Positions 7,215 through 16,588 are shown, numbered from the stretch's first letter. The stretch: 29,481 bases of DNA from Candidatus Nanohaloarchaea archaeon (GCA_041640075.1 JBEQAY010000009.1:1-29481), one strand, 5' to 3'. Numbers and translations are program-made. Notes: a model not told the origin generated them from the sequence alone.

Positions 7215-7987
7215 AAGAAGTAAAATCTCCTCAGGAGGCCGAAGCACTGGTACAGAAACTTTCTTCAGACATGGGAATCCACAGAAACCCGAGGAAAGGT
7301 ACTTTGAACGCACCTGACAAAATCCTATCCAATTTTTCAACTCAGAGGTCTGTCCTCGTGGACGAAGTTTTCCCCGACGAGTTCTCGCTTCACCAGACCC
7401 ATGAAAAAATACTGGAAAATACTGAAGACTTGTTAAAACATGGTAAACCTGTGATATCGGTCGGTGGCGACCACTCCGTAAGTTTCCCTGTTTTAAAAGC
7501 TATGAAGGAACTTTTTCCCGAGCTTAAACTGGTCTGGCTGGATTCTCATCTTGACCTAAAGGAGAAAGTAGGTGAAAATATTTCTCACGATGTTGTTGTC
7601 CGTGAACTTCTCGAAAACGGGTTTGAGCTGGATGATATACATTTTATAGGCATCACGAAAAAAGATGACGACGAAAAAAAGTTTCTGGAAGGACGTGAAC
7701 CAAGAATTTACAGACCGAATGAACTGGAGAAGTTCAGAAGAGAGTTCAGTTCAGGCGAACAACCTGTTTATCTCTCCGTTGATATCGATGTGCTGAAAGA
7801 GGATGAGGCACCGGGAACCGGGTATCCTGATGGAGAACTTGAAACAGAAGACGTTCTGGATCTGATAGAGTATATATCCGCCGATCACGGAGATCTCGTG
7901 GAGGTTGCGCCACCTTTTGATCAGGATAACAGGACTGTAGAGAAAGCACAGAAGATTCTGCAGAAAATTGTGGAAACAGCTAGCTGA
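7211..7987 (+). CDS. Ureohydrolase (arginase/agmatinase/formiminoglutamase family)
   Basis: Mn-binding motifs GGDHS, DSHLD and SVDIDVL, plus APGTG and DLVEVAP. ATGA overlap with the upstream ORF. Confidence 0.9.
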   Translation: MKEVKSPQEAEALVQKLSSDMGIHRNPRKGTLNAPDKILSNFSTQRSVLVDEVFPDEFSLHQTHEKILENTEDLLKHGKPVISVGGDHSVSFPVLKAMKELFPELKLVWLDSHLDLKEKVGENISHDVVVRELLENGFELDDIHFIGITKKDDDEKKFLEGREPRIYRPNELEKFRREFSSGEQPVYLSVDIDVLKEDEAPGTGYPDGELETEDVLDLIEYISADHGDLVEVAPPFDQDNRTVEKAQKILQKIVETAS

Positions 7988-8510
7988 GTCTTTCTCGGAG
8001 TATTTCAAGAGTTTCAGATGCCCGACTGTCGTCTACAACCAGGTGTGTATCCTCTCGACAGGATATCACATGGTCAACGTTGACCCCTTCAGCCGCCAGA
8101 GAGGAAAGTACAAACTCCAGCACCCCAGGCGTGCTCTCAAGCTCCACAGGACTTTCAAGCGACACCAGAGCTTTCTCACCCCCATCCAGAACAGAGGTAA
8201 AACCATTATATGTTCTTGCAGAGACGATACATTCATCTAAATCTTCCTTGACTACTTTTACACCAGTTTTAAGTTCCATACTGGTATCCTCCAGAACTTC
8301 GCTGACTTTATCCCTCCTCTCCCGTCTTAATCTGGAAACATGGTCTTGATAACGGGATAAAGCCGCCTTGACAGCATCAACAGACTCAAGACCTTCTTCA
8401 CGACAGATTTTACGTGCCAGCGCACTGTAATTAACGACATCCTCGGCTAAGGCCTCCTTAATGTATGGCCTCTTTGACACGTAGAGCTCAACTTTTGCAG
8501 CTGTCGACAT
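7980..8510 (-). CDS. Archaeal ACT-domain protein with an N-terminal helix-turn-helix-like region; probable amino-acid-sensing regulator
   Basis: N-terminal PYIKEALAEDVVNYSALARKI. C-terminal ACT signature TPGVLEFVLSSLAAEGVNVDHVISCREDTHLVV. Confidence 0.75.
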   Translation of the reverse strand: MSTAAKVELYVSKRPYIKEALAEDVVNYSALARKICREEGLESVDAVKAALSRYQDHVSRLRRERRDKVSEVLEDTSMELKTGVKVVKEDLDECIVSARTYNGFTSVLDGGEKALVSLESPVELESTPGVLEFVLSSLAAEGVNVDHVISCREDTHLVVDDSRASETLEILRERLS

Positions 8511-8512
8511 AG

Positions 8513-8556
8513 AAAATGTTTAATTTAAAACATTTTTGTATTTTTTGTTGCAAAAA
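8513..8556. promoter_or_regulatory. Two palindromes (candidate operators) in the divergent ACT-gene/argG promoter
   Basis: AAAATGTTT-N6-AAACATTTT (8513-8536) and TTTTTG-N3-CAAAAA (8542-8556). Confidence 0.45.
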
Positions 8557-8618
8557 TCTGGTTCACCGATTAATAACTCCCACACCAAAACTCGATCAAC
8601 GTGAACAACAAATGAAAC

Positions 8619-9884
8619 TTGGAACTAAAGGTGGATACGAAAGACTCTATCGACTATCTAGCAAAACCCTCTAACATCGACACAGTCGTTCTTCTATACT
8701 CAGGAGGATTGGACACCTCCATAATGGTAAAATACATCCAGGAAGAATACAACGCCGACGTCGTAACTCTCACTCTGGATCTCGGCCAGCCAGGCGTCGA
8801 CCTTGAAGTGACGAAGCAGAAAGCTCTGGATATCGGCGCAGAAAAGGCCTTCGTCCTGGATGTGAAAGAAGAGTTCTCCGAGAACTTCATCGCGAAGAGC
8901 ATCAAGGCTAACGGACTCTATCAGGGCGAATACCCGCTTTCAACCGCGATCGCACGGTACCTTGTATGTGAGAAAGCAGTAGAGATCGCAGATGAAGTAG
9001 ACGCCGACGCAGTAGCTCACGGAGCGACAGGAAAAGGTAATGACCAGGTGCGTTTCGAGGCAGGAATCCTCTCGCTTGATCCTGACATCAAGCTTCTGGC
9101 ACCGGTCCGTGAATGGAGTATGACCCGTGACAAAGAACTGGATTACGCAAAGGAACACGAAATTCCTGTCGAGGCCTCAGAAGATTCCCCTTACTCGACT
9201 GATGAGAACCTCTGGGGTAAGAGTTCAGAGTGTGGGCCTCTGGAAGATCCTGCAACGGAGCCGCCGGAAGACGTCTTCGAGTTCGTGACCTATCCGGAGA
9301 ATGCTCCTGAAGAACCAGAATATATTGAGATCGAGTTCGAAGCAGGCGTTCCAAAGGCCTTGAATGGTGAAGAACTTCCGCTACATGAACTCATAGAAGA
9401 GCTGAATTCTTTAGCCGGAAAACACGGTGTAGGCATCATCGACATGATGGAGGATCGTGTAGTAGGGCTGAAATCACGTGAAGTGTACGAATGTCCGGCA
9501 GCCGTAACACTGATCGAGGCGCATCAGGAACTGGAAAAATTTGTCTCGACAAAACATGAGAACCAGTTTAAGGCCTCAGTGGACCAGAAATGGGCTGAGT
9601 ACGCGTACAATGGGTTGTGGTTTGATCCTGTGATGGACCACCTCGAAGGATTTATTGATTCGATGAACGAGAACGTCTCCGGAACAGTCGAGTTAAAGCT
9701 GTACAAATGTTCCGTTCAGGTCACCGGCCGAGAATCAGAAGAAGCCTTGTACGACCACGACTTGGCGAGCTACGAGGAAGGAGAGACCTTCAACCAGGAA
9801 GCCAGTCCTGGATTCATCCAGCTTCACTCGCTCCAAACAAAGCTGAGCAACGAGATATCGGACAAAGAAGGAGGTGGATCTTAG
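8619..9884 (+). CDS. argG: Argininosuccinate synthase
   Basis: LLYSGGLDTS, YPLSTAIAR, HGATGKGNDQVRFE, YSTDENLWG and KSREVYECPA motifs. TTG start. Confidence 0.97.
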   Translation: MELKVDTKDSIDYLAKPSNIDTVVLLYSGGLDTSIMVKYIQEEYNADVVTLTLDLGQPGVDLEVTKQKALDIGAEKAFVLDVKEEFSENFIAKSIKANGLYQGEYPLSTAIARYLVCEKAVEIADEVDADAVAHGATGKGNDQVRFEAGILSLDPDIKLLAPVREWSMTRDKELDYAKEHEIPVEASEDSPYSTDENLWGKSSECGPLEDPATEPPEDVFEFVTYPENAPEEPEYIEIEFEAGVPKALNGEELPLHELIEELNSLAGKHGVGIIDMMEDRVVGLKSREVYECPAAVTLIEAHQELEKFVSTKHENQFKASVDQKWAEYAYNGLWFDPVMDHLEGFIDSMNENVSGTVELKLYKCSVQVTGRESEEALYDHDLASYEEGETFNQEASPGFIQLHSLQTKLSNEISDKEGGGS

Positions 9885-11146
9885 TGGTCCTCTGGAGCGA
9901 GGACCCAACCTCTTCTTTAACACAACAGTACACCGAGGAAAGTAAGGAACTAGAGCAGAAACTCCTACCCTATGACATCATAGGAAATCTGGCGCACGTC
10001 AAGATGCTGGAGAAACAGGGATACCTCGAGAAAGAAGAATTAGAAGATATAGAGAAGGCCTTGAAAGAGATCTACGGGAAAAAACCTGAAGTGGATGCGG
10101 AGGACGTCCACACGTTCGTCGAGGAGAAAGTAACAGAGAAGACGGAAGCTGGAAAAAAGATGCATACAGGGCGTTCCCGTAACGACCAGGTAGCGGTCGA
10201 TACACATCTCTTTATGAAAGAGGCTAGTATAGAAATCGCAGAAAAAGGCCTTGAGCTTGTAAAGGCTCTGGAAAAATTCGGGAAAGAGGAAAATAACCTA
10301 ATACCTGGTTATACCCATCAGCAACAGGCTATGCCTTCAAGTACAGGCCTCTGGGCCTCGAGCTTCGTCGACGCATTAGTTGATGATCTGAAACTGCTGA
10401 AATCAAGCTACAAAGTCTTTGATCAGTCCCCTCTAGGAGCTGCAGCCGGTTACGGAACTTCTCTGGATATCGACCGCGAGTACACTGCCGAGCTTCTAGG
10501 CTTTGATTCTGTCCAGGAGAACCCGGTTTATTCCGTGAACCGTGGAAAACATGAGTTAATGCTTGTTCAGGCCTTGAATCAGGTTATGCTGGATATCGGA
10601 AAGCTTTCCGAAGACATCATCAACTTCTCCGAGGCTCAGGAAATTTTCCAGATTTCGAATGAGTTTACGACCGGCTCCAGCATCATGCCTCAGAAAGAAA
10701 ACCCTGATGTGCTTGAAATCGCACGTGGGAAGAGTAAAGAGCTGAACGCAAATACTCAGGCTATATATGGCGTTATCTCGAAGCTTCCGTCTGGTTACAA
10801 CCGTGATACACAGTTGACGAAGAAAAATCTGTTTGAGGCCGTAGAAACAGTACTTGAAACTCTCGAGATTATGGAAGAGCTGGTTTCAGGCCTTGAAGCG
10901 GTTCAGAACTTTGATCTGAAAGAGGAGATCTTTGCTGCTCATACTGCGAATCAGAAGGTCGAATCCGATGTTCCTTTCCGTGAGGCCTATTCTCAGGTGA
11001 AAGAGGAGCAAAATTATGTGAAAAACGAGGAGGTTAAGGAGCCGAAAAATCAAAGTTTTGAAGGCCTGGAAGAGTTCTGGCAGAGTGAGAAAGAGGAGTT
11101 TGAACATATGAAGGCCTCACTGCTTGGAAACAGTTTTGAAGCTTGA
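9884..11146 (+). CDS. argH: Argininosuccinate lyase
   Basis: EDVH, HTGRSRNDQV, PGYTHQQQA, SPLGAAAGYG and GSSIMPQKENPD (fumarase superfamily signature). The GTG start at 9884 follows SD GGAGGTG and overlaps the argG stop. Confidence 0.95.
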   Translation: MVLWSEDPTSSLTQQYTEESKELEQKLLPYDIIGNLAHVKMLEKQGYLEKEELEDIEKALKEIYGKKPEVDAEDVHTFVEEKVTEKTEAGKKMHTGRSRNDQVAVDTHLFMKEASIEIAEKGLELVKALEKFGKEENNLIPGYTHQQQAMPSSTGLWASSFVDALVDDLKLLKSSYKVFDQSPLGAAAGYGTSLDIDREYTAELLGFDSVQENPVYSVNRGKHELMLVQALNQVMLDIGKLSEDIINFSEAQEIFQISNEFTTGSSIMPQKENPDVLEIARGKSKELNANTQAIYGVISKLPSGYNRDTQLTKKNLFEAVETVLETLEIMEELVSGLEAVQNFDLKEEIFAAHTANQKVESDVPFREAYSQVKEEQNYVKNEEVKEPKNQSFEGLEEFWQSEKEEFEHMKASLLGNSFEA

Positions 11147-11162
11147 CGGGGACAGTGGTAGT

Positions 11163-12800
11163 ATGAAGCAAGTCAAAAAAAAGTTGGCCGATGAGCTCTC
11201 CGAAAAACTCGAAGTAGAAATAGATTCAGAGGATATCGAGAGGCCTGAACCAGAACACGGAGACTTTGCCTACCCGGTCATGCAGGCAGCATCCGAGTTA
11301 GGCGAGAACCCGCGCAAGTTAGCGGAGAAAACCGCCGGCGAGCTTGAAGACTCAGATCTGGTCGAATCCGTAGACGTAGCAGGTCCAGGATACCTCAACT
11401 TTAATCTGAACAAAAAGGCCTTCAGTGAAAAAATACTGGAAGTCCTCGAGAGCGAGAACTTTGGTTTCGAAGATAAAGACGAGAAAGCTCTCGTCGAATT
11501 TTCGTGCCCGAATCTGGCGAAGCCTATGCACATCGGCCACGTACGTAACAACTGTATAGGCGATTCTCTACAGCGTATCATGCGTTTCGTAGGCTACGAC
11601 GTTACCTCAGAGAACTACATCGGTGACTGGGGCACCAAACACGGCCAGGTAATCTATGCATACAAGAAATGGGGCTCGAAAGAGGAATTCGAAGAAGCTC
11701 CTATGGAGCATATGTACAGCCTCTACGTCAAGTTCCACGATGAAGCAACGGAAGAAGATGAGAAAAAGGCCCGTGAATGGTCTAAAAAGATCGAGGAAGG
11801 AGATAAAGAAGCTATACGTATCTGGAAGATGTTCCGACAAGCGACAATAGATTACAGCCAGAAAGAATACGAACGAATGAACATCAAGTTCGATCGGGTC
11901 ACAGGAGAGTCTGTAGTAGCAGATGAAGCCCATGAGATAGTAGATGAAGGCCTTGAGAAAGGAATTTTCGAGAAAGACGAGGACGGATCAGTTTACGTAG
12001 ACTTTGAAAATGAAGGCCTTCCAAGCACCGTTGTGAAACGTGATGACGGGGCTACGCTTTATCTAACCCGTGATATCGCGAATATCCGCAAGCGTGAGCG
12101 TGAAGGATTTGATTATAACTTCTATATCGTTGCTAACGAGCAGGATCTGCATTTCCAGCAGCTTTTCGACCTCGCCGAGCGTTTCGGTATAACCGAGATC
12201 CAGAGCGAACATATCTCCTACGGTATGCTACGGTTACAGGAAGGGTCTATGAGTTCTTCTAAAGGGAATATCATCCGTTTATCCGAGATAATCGATGAAG
12301 CAGTGGAAAAGGCCTCGGAACTTGAACAGCGAGATGTAAACAACGCCGAGGAAGTAGGCCTCGGAGCTATCAAGTACGCGAATCTTTCAGTTTCCCGTCC
12401 AAAGGACATAGAGTTTGACTGGGACGAGGTACTGGACTTTGAAGGAGATTCAGGTCCTTACCTCCAGTACACTAATGTTCGTGCAAAAAGCATTTTGCGT
12501 GAAACAGAAAAAGAAGGTGAAATGATAGGAAAGTTTGAGAAAGAGGAGTACCGTTTGCTGAAGAAGCTTTCAGAGTTCCCTGAAAAAGTTGAAAGTGCTG
12601 CGAACCAGCGTGAGCCAGCCAAAATCGCAAATTATATCTCAGATCTTTGTGAACAGTTCAATAGTTTCTATCACAGCTGCCAGGTTACTGGTGTAGAAGA
12701 GGACGTGGAGAAGCGGCTTGTAAAGCTTGTAGAGTTATTCGTTGATGTCACGGATGCTGGTTTGGATCTCCTTGGTATCGAGCCTCTTGAAGAGATGTGA
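11163..12800 (+). CDS. argS: Arginyl-tRNA synthetase
   Basis: HGDFA, VAGPGYLNF, PNLAKPMHIGHVRN (HIGH), NYIGDWG, MSSSKGN and GDSGPYLQY motifs, plus a DALR anticodon-binding domain. Confidence 0.97.
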   Translation: MKQVKKKLADELSEKLEVEIDSEDIERPEPEHGDFAYPVMQAASELGENPRKLAEKTAGELEDSDLVESVDVAGPGYLNFNLNKKAFSEKILEVLESENFGFEDKDEKALVEFSCPNLAKPMHIGHVRNNCIGDSLQRIMRFVGYDVTSENYIGDWGTKHGQVIYAYKKWGSKEEFEEAPMEHMYSLYVKFHDEATEEDEKKAREWSKKIEEGDKEAIRIWKMFRQATIDYSQKEYERMNIKFDRVTGESVVADEAHEIVDEGLEKGIFEKDEDGSVYVDFENEGLPSTVVKRDDGATLYLTRDIANIRKREREGFDYNFYIVANEQDLHFQQLFDLAERFGITEIQSEHISYGMLRLQEGSMSSSKGNIIRLSEIIDEAVEKASELEQRDVNNAEEVGLGAIKYANLSVSRPKDIEFDWDEVLDFEGDSGPYLQYTNVRAKSILRETEKEGEMIGKFEKEEYRLLKKLSEFPEKVESAANQREPAKIANYISDLCEQFNSFYHSCQVTGVEEDVEKRLVKLVELFVDVTDAGLDLLGIEPLEEM

Positions 12801-12848
12801 ACTAATAAAACTGGAGGAGAACAATTTTCGATAAGAGGATCAAGAACT

Positions 12849-13055
12849 ATGGGGGAGGAAGACAACTACTGGATAATCGAACTCTACGACGACGAAACCG
12901 CCAACGTCTCCATCATGAGCAAGGAGGAGGCAGAGGCCATGAAGAAAATAAACGACGACTTCGAGGACTGGCAGATGGAGCCTTGCAGCGAGAAAAGCGA
13001 AGACGATATGATTGAGATTGCGGAAGAACACGGCTACGAACACGATCCGTGGTAA
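12849..13055 (+). CDS. Small acidic hypothetical protein (68 aa)
   Basis: ATG start, codon usage and acidity typical of this genome. It fills the gap tail-to-tail with the next gene. Confidence 0.7.
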   Translation: MGEEDNYWIIELYDDETANVSIMSKEEAEAMKKINDDFEDWQMEPCSEKSEDDMIEIAEEHGYEHDPW

Positions 13056-13409
13056 TTACTCCCTAAAACGGTAAACCTTTTTCTCGAATTCTTCGGGAGA
13101 TAAATCAATCCCCATTCTCCTGTATACCTCTCCATTAGGTGCTTTTAGCTCCCATTCGTGATCTGGAGCCATCCTGTAAGAACCTGTAGCAAAAGGTTCC
13201 TGTACTTTCTTCAAAGACTTCTCAAACAAACTTTCAGAGCTATCATAAAGCAGCGCCTGCCAACCATAATCAAGCTCTAGACGAGTGTTTTCCTCGCTTT
13301 CCCTCGGTCTTACACGAGTCTCAAACACAGAAAGATCCTGAATCAGCTCCTGCACCTCCTCTTCATAAGGAAAACCTAGTTCCCGAGGCTCCAAAATGTC
13401 AAAGCTCAC
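13056..13409 (-). CDS. Hypothetical protein (117 aa)
   Basis: Acidic ORF with a GTG start, directly downstream of tRNA-Phe. Confidence 0.65.
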   Translation of the reverse strand: MSFDILEPRELGFPYEEEVQELIQDLSVFETRVRPRESEENTRLELDYGWQALLYDSSESLFEKSLKKVQEPFATGSYRMAPDHEWELKAPNGEVYRRMGIDLSPEEFEKKVYRFRE

Positions 13410-13453
13410 AGAAAATCTATTTGATATGAAGAAATTAATCAGTTACGACTCAA

Positions 13454-13527
13454 TGGCCGATCCCGGATTTGAACCGGGGACAACTTGATCTTCAGTCAAG
13501 CGCTCTCCCAGGCTGAGCTAATCGGCC
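13454..13527 (-). tRNA. tRNA-Phe(GAA)
   Basis: GGCCGAT..GCTC/GAGC..CTTGA-CT-GAA-GA-TCAAG..CCCGG-TTCAAAT-CCGGG-ATCGGCC-A. No intron and no encoded CCA. Confidence 0.95.
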
Positions 13528-13593
13528 AAGTCTACGAAAATTATTGGAAAGGTGAGTTTTAAGAAATAAAACCTTCTCTCGGAAATTTTGGTT

Positions 13594-14091
13594 ATGCCGT
13601 TCACACATTTCCATCTGGGGCCTGGAATCCTGCTGGGCCTCCTGCTTTTGAAGAAACTGGATTTCCCGACTCTCGTGGCTGCGAACATAATTGTCGACTG
13701 GCGCGCAGCTCTGGTATTTCTCGGATTCTGGCCTGGACCGAGACACGGATGGGTTCACACCTACATCGGTGCAACAATCATGGCGATACTGCTTGGAGCT
13801 GTAATGATCTATGCAAGGCCTCTGATTGATGGAGAACTGCGGGAGATGAAGATCGTACAGAAGTTTTCCAAAGGAAAAATTTTCCTGTCTGCTTTCCTGG
13901 GAACATTTCTGCACGTCACGATCGACGCGTTCCATCATCCCACTATGAAGCCGTTCATGCCTCTTGACTTCAACCCCTTGCTAGGCCTCTTCTCGACAGC
14001 TGAGCTTCGTGGAGTATTATTTTTCTGCCTGCTGATTTCTTTTCCTCTGTATATTTTCCACGTACAGGACTGGATGGATCTTTCTGCATGA
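13594..14091 (+). CDS. Membrane-bound metal-dependent hydrolase (YdjM/DUF457-like)
   Basis: MPFTHFH, IIVD, HGWVHT and HVTIDAFHH metal-ligand motifs among TM helices. Confidence 0.8.
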   Translation: MPFTHFHLGPGILLGLLLLKKLDFPTLVAANIIVDWRAALVFLGFWPGPRHGWVHTYIGATIMAILLGAVMIYARPLIDGELREMKIVQKFSKGKIFLSAFLGTFLHVTIDAFHHPTMKPFMPLDFNPLLGLFSTAELRGVLFFCLLISFPLYIFHVQDWMDLSA

Positions 14092-14144
14092 AATTCCGGA
14101 GAGGCCTTTGAGCGATAAAAAATTTTGTATACAAATTCTTCTCT

Positions 14145-15167
14145 ATGACTGACGAAAAAGAGACCTCAGATACGCGTGAGCACGTGATCCCTGGAACGAA
14201 GAAAAAATTTACCGGTGAAGACGTGGAAGGCTACGACTTCCGCGGAGAGTTCGACATGACAGAGATGCTGGAGAAATACTCTACTACCGGCTTCCAGGCC
14301 ACTCACATGAAAGAGGCGATCGAACTCGTCAAGGAGATGAGGGACGAGGACGCAAAAATTTTCCTGACTTTCACCTCGAATATTATCTCTTCAGGCCTCA
14401 GAGAGGTAGTGGCGTACCTGGCGAGAAAAGATTACGTTGACGTCATGATCACCTCCGCAGGCTCGCATACAGAGGACGTTATCAAGACAAACGACGACTT
14501 CCAGATGGGAGAGTGGGAGGCCGACGAAGCCAAGCTCAGAGAGGAAGGAATCAACAGGCTGGGCAACATCTACGTAGAGTCCGATCACTACGTCTGGCTG
14601 GAAAGCTGGCTGAACGACGGATTCTTCCAGGACTTTTTCTCGGATGAAAAAATCAGGACTCCGAGCGACCTTGCCTATGAACTTGGAGAAGCGGTCGGAG
14701 GAGACGGAGATCTTGATGAATCAGATTCGTTTATTTATCACGCAGCGAATAATGATATCAGAGTTTACTGCCCGGCGATGATCGACGCCGAGATCGGGGA
14801 TTTCATGTTTTACTACCGGCAGGAACAGGACGAAAATATCGGGATCGAGATCCTTGACGACTGGGACAGTCTGATCAACGAGGCGATCGGGGCTGAGAAG
14901 ACTGCTATCATAGCGGTGGGCGACGGCGTGCCCAAGCACCAGGCAATCATGTCGAATCTGTTTAGAGGCGGCACCGACTACGCTGTATACATCTCCACAG
15001 GCATGGAAGGAGACGGAAGCCTAAGTGGAGCTCCTCCTAAAGAAGCTGTTTCCTGGGGAAAGATCAAGGAGGAGACAAATAATTACACACAGATAGAAGC
15101 TGAAGCGACTCTAGTCTTCCCGATGCTTGTGGCGGAGGCTTTCAAGAAGTATGATCCTGAAGAGTAG
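14145..15167 (+). CDS. dys: Deoxyhypusine synthase
   Basis: TGFQAT, FTSNIISSGLRE, GINRLGNI, GVPKH and DGSLSGAPPKEAVSWGKI (active-site Lys) motifs. Confidence 0.95.
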   Translation: MTDEKETSDTREHVIPGTKKKFTGEDVEGYDFRGEFDMTEMLEKYSTTGFQATHMKEAIELVKEMRDEDAKIFLTFTSNIISSGLREVVAYLARKDYVDVMITSAGSHTEDVIKTNDDFQMGEWEADEAKLREEGINRLGNIYVESDHYVWLESWLNDGFFQDFFSDEKIRTPSDLAYELGEAVGGDGDLDESDSFIYHAANNDIRVYCPAMIDAEIGDFMFYYRQEQDENIGIEILDDWDSLINEAIGAEKTAIIAVGDGVPKHQAIMSNLFRGGTDYAVYISTGMEGDGSLSGAPPKEAVSWGKIKEETNNYTQIEAEATLVFPMLVAEAFKKYDPEE

Positions 15168-15199
15168 AGGTTAAGAAAAAGCTTCTGTAATTTCTTAGT

Positions 15200-16579
15200 G
15201 TGGTATACGGAGAGGAAAGCTACTGGATTGCCAAGTTCATCTTCCAGAGAGGTATCGCGCTCGTCTATTTCACAGCTTTTCTTATAGCTTTCAGGCAGGT
15301 AAAGGGTCTTCTGGGCGAGAAAGGGATACTGCCGGTCAGAGAGTTTGTTGAAGACAAAGAGTTTGGAGAGGTTGTAAGCCTATTTTACTTCTTTCCGAAA
15401 GGAATGCATATCAGGTTTTTCACTGGTTTAGGTCTCTTGATCTCAGTATTGAGTTTTCTGGGAATACCTGACATTCTTGGAACCTGGGCTTACGTTGCAG
15501 CCTGGGGATTGATGTGGGCAATCTTTCTATCTCTCAAAAACGTGGGACAGAAGTTCTATCTATCAGGTAACGCTCTCCTGGAGGCAGGTTTTCTGGCTAT
15601 CTTCCTCGGCCCTTTTACTTTTACCGCGCCGATCATCATGATACTTCTGCTGCGCTGGTTTCTTTTCAGGATGATCTTTGGATCAGGTCTCTGTAAGGTA
15701 AAGAGCGGTGGGGAATGGTTGAACCTGAACTCTCTCGATCACTTTTTCGAGACCCAGGGCTCGCCAAACCCTCTCAGCTGGTATTTTCACAACCTTCCAG
15801 GATCTCTGAAGAAGATAGGTGTCCTTTTCACACATTTCAACCTTCTGATCCTACCCTTCCTGCTCTTTATGCCTCAGCCTGTAGCCGGCATAGCAGGGCT
15901 TACAGCGATAGGTATGCAGATCTTGCTTATCCTGAGCGGGAACTTCTACTGGCTCAACCTGATTACTATCACAGCAGCCACGACAACTCTGAGCGACAGC
16001 TTCTGGATCCAGCTAACAGGAATAAGCACACCAGAATTTGTCTCAGCCTACTCTTACCCGTCATTACCCCTAATTCTTGCAGGTTTGATAGGAATCCTCA
16101 GCTTGAAACCTGTTTACTACATGTTAACCTCAGAAAAATTCCCTAGCTCCAGTTACAGCATGCTCAGGATAGTGAACACCTACGGCAGATACCCGACAGT
16201 CCCCGAAGAAAGGAAAGAGATCATAATCAAAGGTTTCAGTGATGGAAAATGGAAAGAATATCGTTTCAAGCAGAAGCCGGACGCCACAGACAGGAGGCCT
16301 CCTCAGGTAGCACCATACAACCATAAACTCGACGATGTACTGTGGCTGGCGGCGCATGAACCTGAAGAAAATAGATGGATAGAGAATCTAGGGGAGAGAC
16401 TTCTCGAAAACGAGGATGCCGTGGTTGATCTGTTGACAGAAGCACCATTCAAAAGTTCACCAGAGAAAATAAGGATATCGCTCTACAATTACAGGTTCAC
16501 GACCCCTGAAGAGAGGTCTGAAACCGGCGACTGGTGGAGAAGGGAGCGTGTCGAAACCCTGTTCGAGATAGAAAGGTAA
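15200..16579 (+). CDS. Lipase maturation factor (LMF1) family membrane protein
   Basis: GLLGEKGILP, NVGQKFY, LLEAGFLAIFL, RWFLFRMIFGSG, ETQ..PNPLSWYFH, SGNFYWLN, VNTYG, EYRFKQKP and YRFTTPEER...WWRR motifs. Confidence 0.88.
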   Translation: MVYGEESYWIAKFIFQRGIALVYFTAFLIAFRQVKGLLGEKGILPVREFVEDKEFGEVVSLFYFFPKGMHIRFFTGLGLLISVLSFLGIPDILGTWAYVAAWGLMWAIFLSLKNVGQKFYLSGNALLEAGFLAIFLGPFTFTAPIIMILLLRWFLFRMIFGSGLCKVKSGGEWLNLNSLDHFFETQGSPNPLSWYFHNLPGSLKKIGVLFTHFNLLILPFLLFMPQPVAGIAGLTAIGMQILLILSGNFYWLNLITITAATTTLSDSFWIQLTGISTPEFVSAYSYPSLPLILAGLIGILSLKPVYYMLTSEKFPSSSYSMLRIVNTYGRYPTVPEERKEIIIKGFSDGKWKEYRFKQKPDATDRRPPQVAPYNHKLDDVLWLAAHEPEENRWIENLGERLLENEDAVVDLLTEAPFKSSPEKIRISLYNYRFTTPEERSETGDWWRRERVETLFEIER

Positions 16580-16588
16580 AAATTTCCC

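Noticed and set aside
8601..8674. uORFs at the argG start (GTG-AAC-AAC-AAA-TGA, and out-of-frame MKLGTKGGYERLYRLSSKTL with two Arg codons) as an attenuator
   Set aside because: There is no Arg-codon run, SD or alternative hairpins, so it is compatible with chance. Ribo-seq would be needed.
9707..9883. 59-aa N-terminal extension of ArgH in the ORF track
   Set aside because: It overlaps argG. An SD-preceded GTG at 9884 is the better start.
12849..13527. Possible integrated element at a tRNA 3' end (Phe; likewise Asn and Arg)
   Set aside because: No integrase or transposase, and I saw no duplicated tRNA 3' end (att site).
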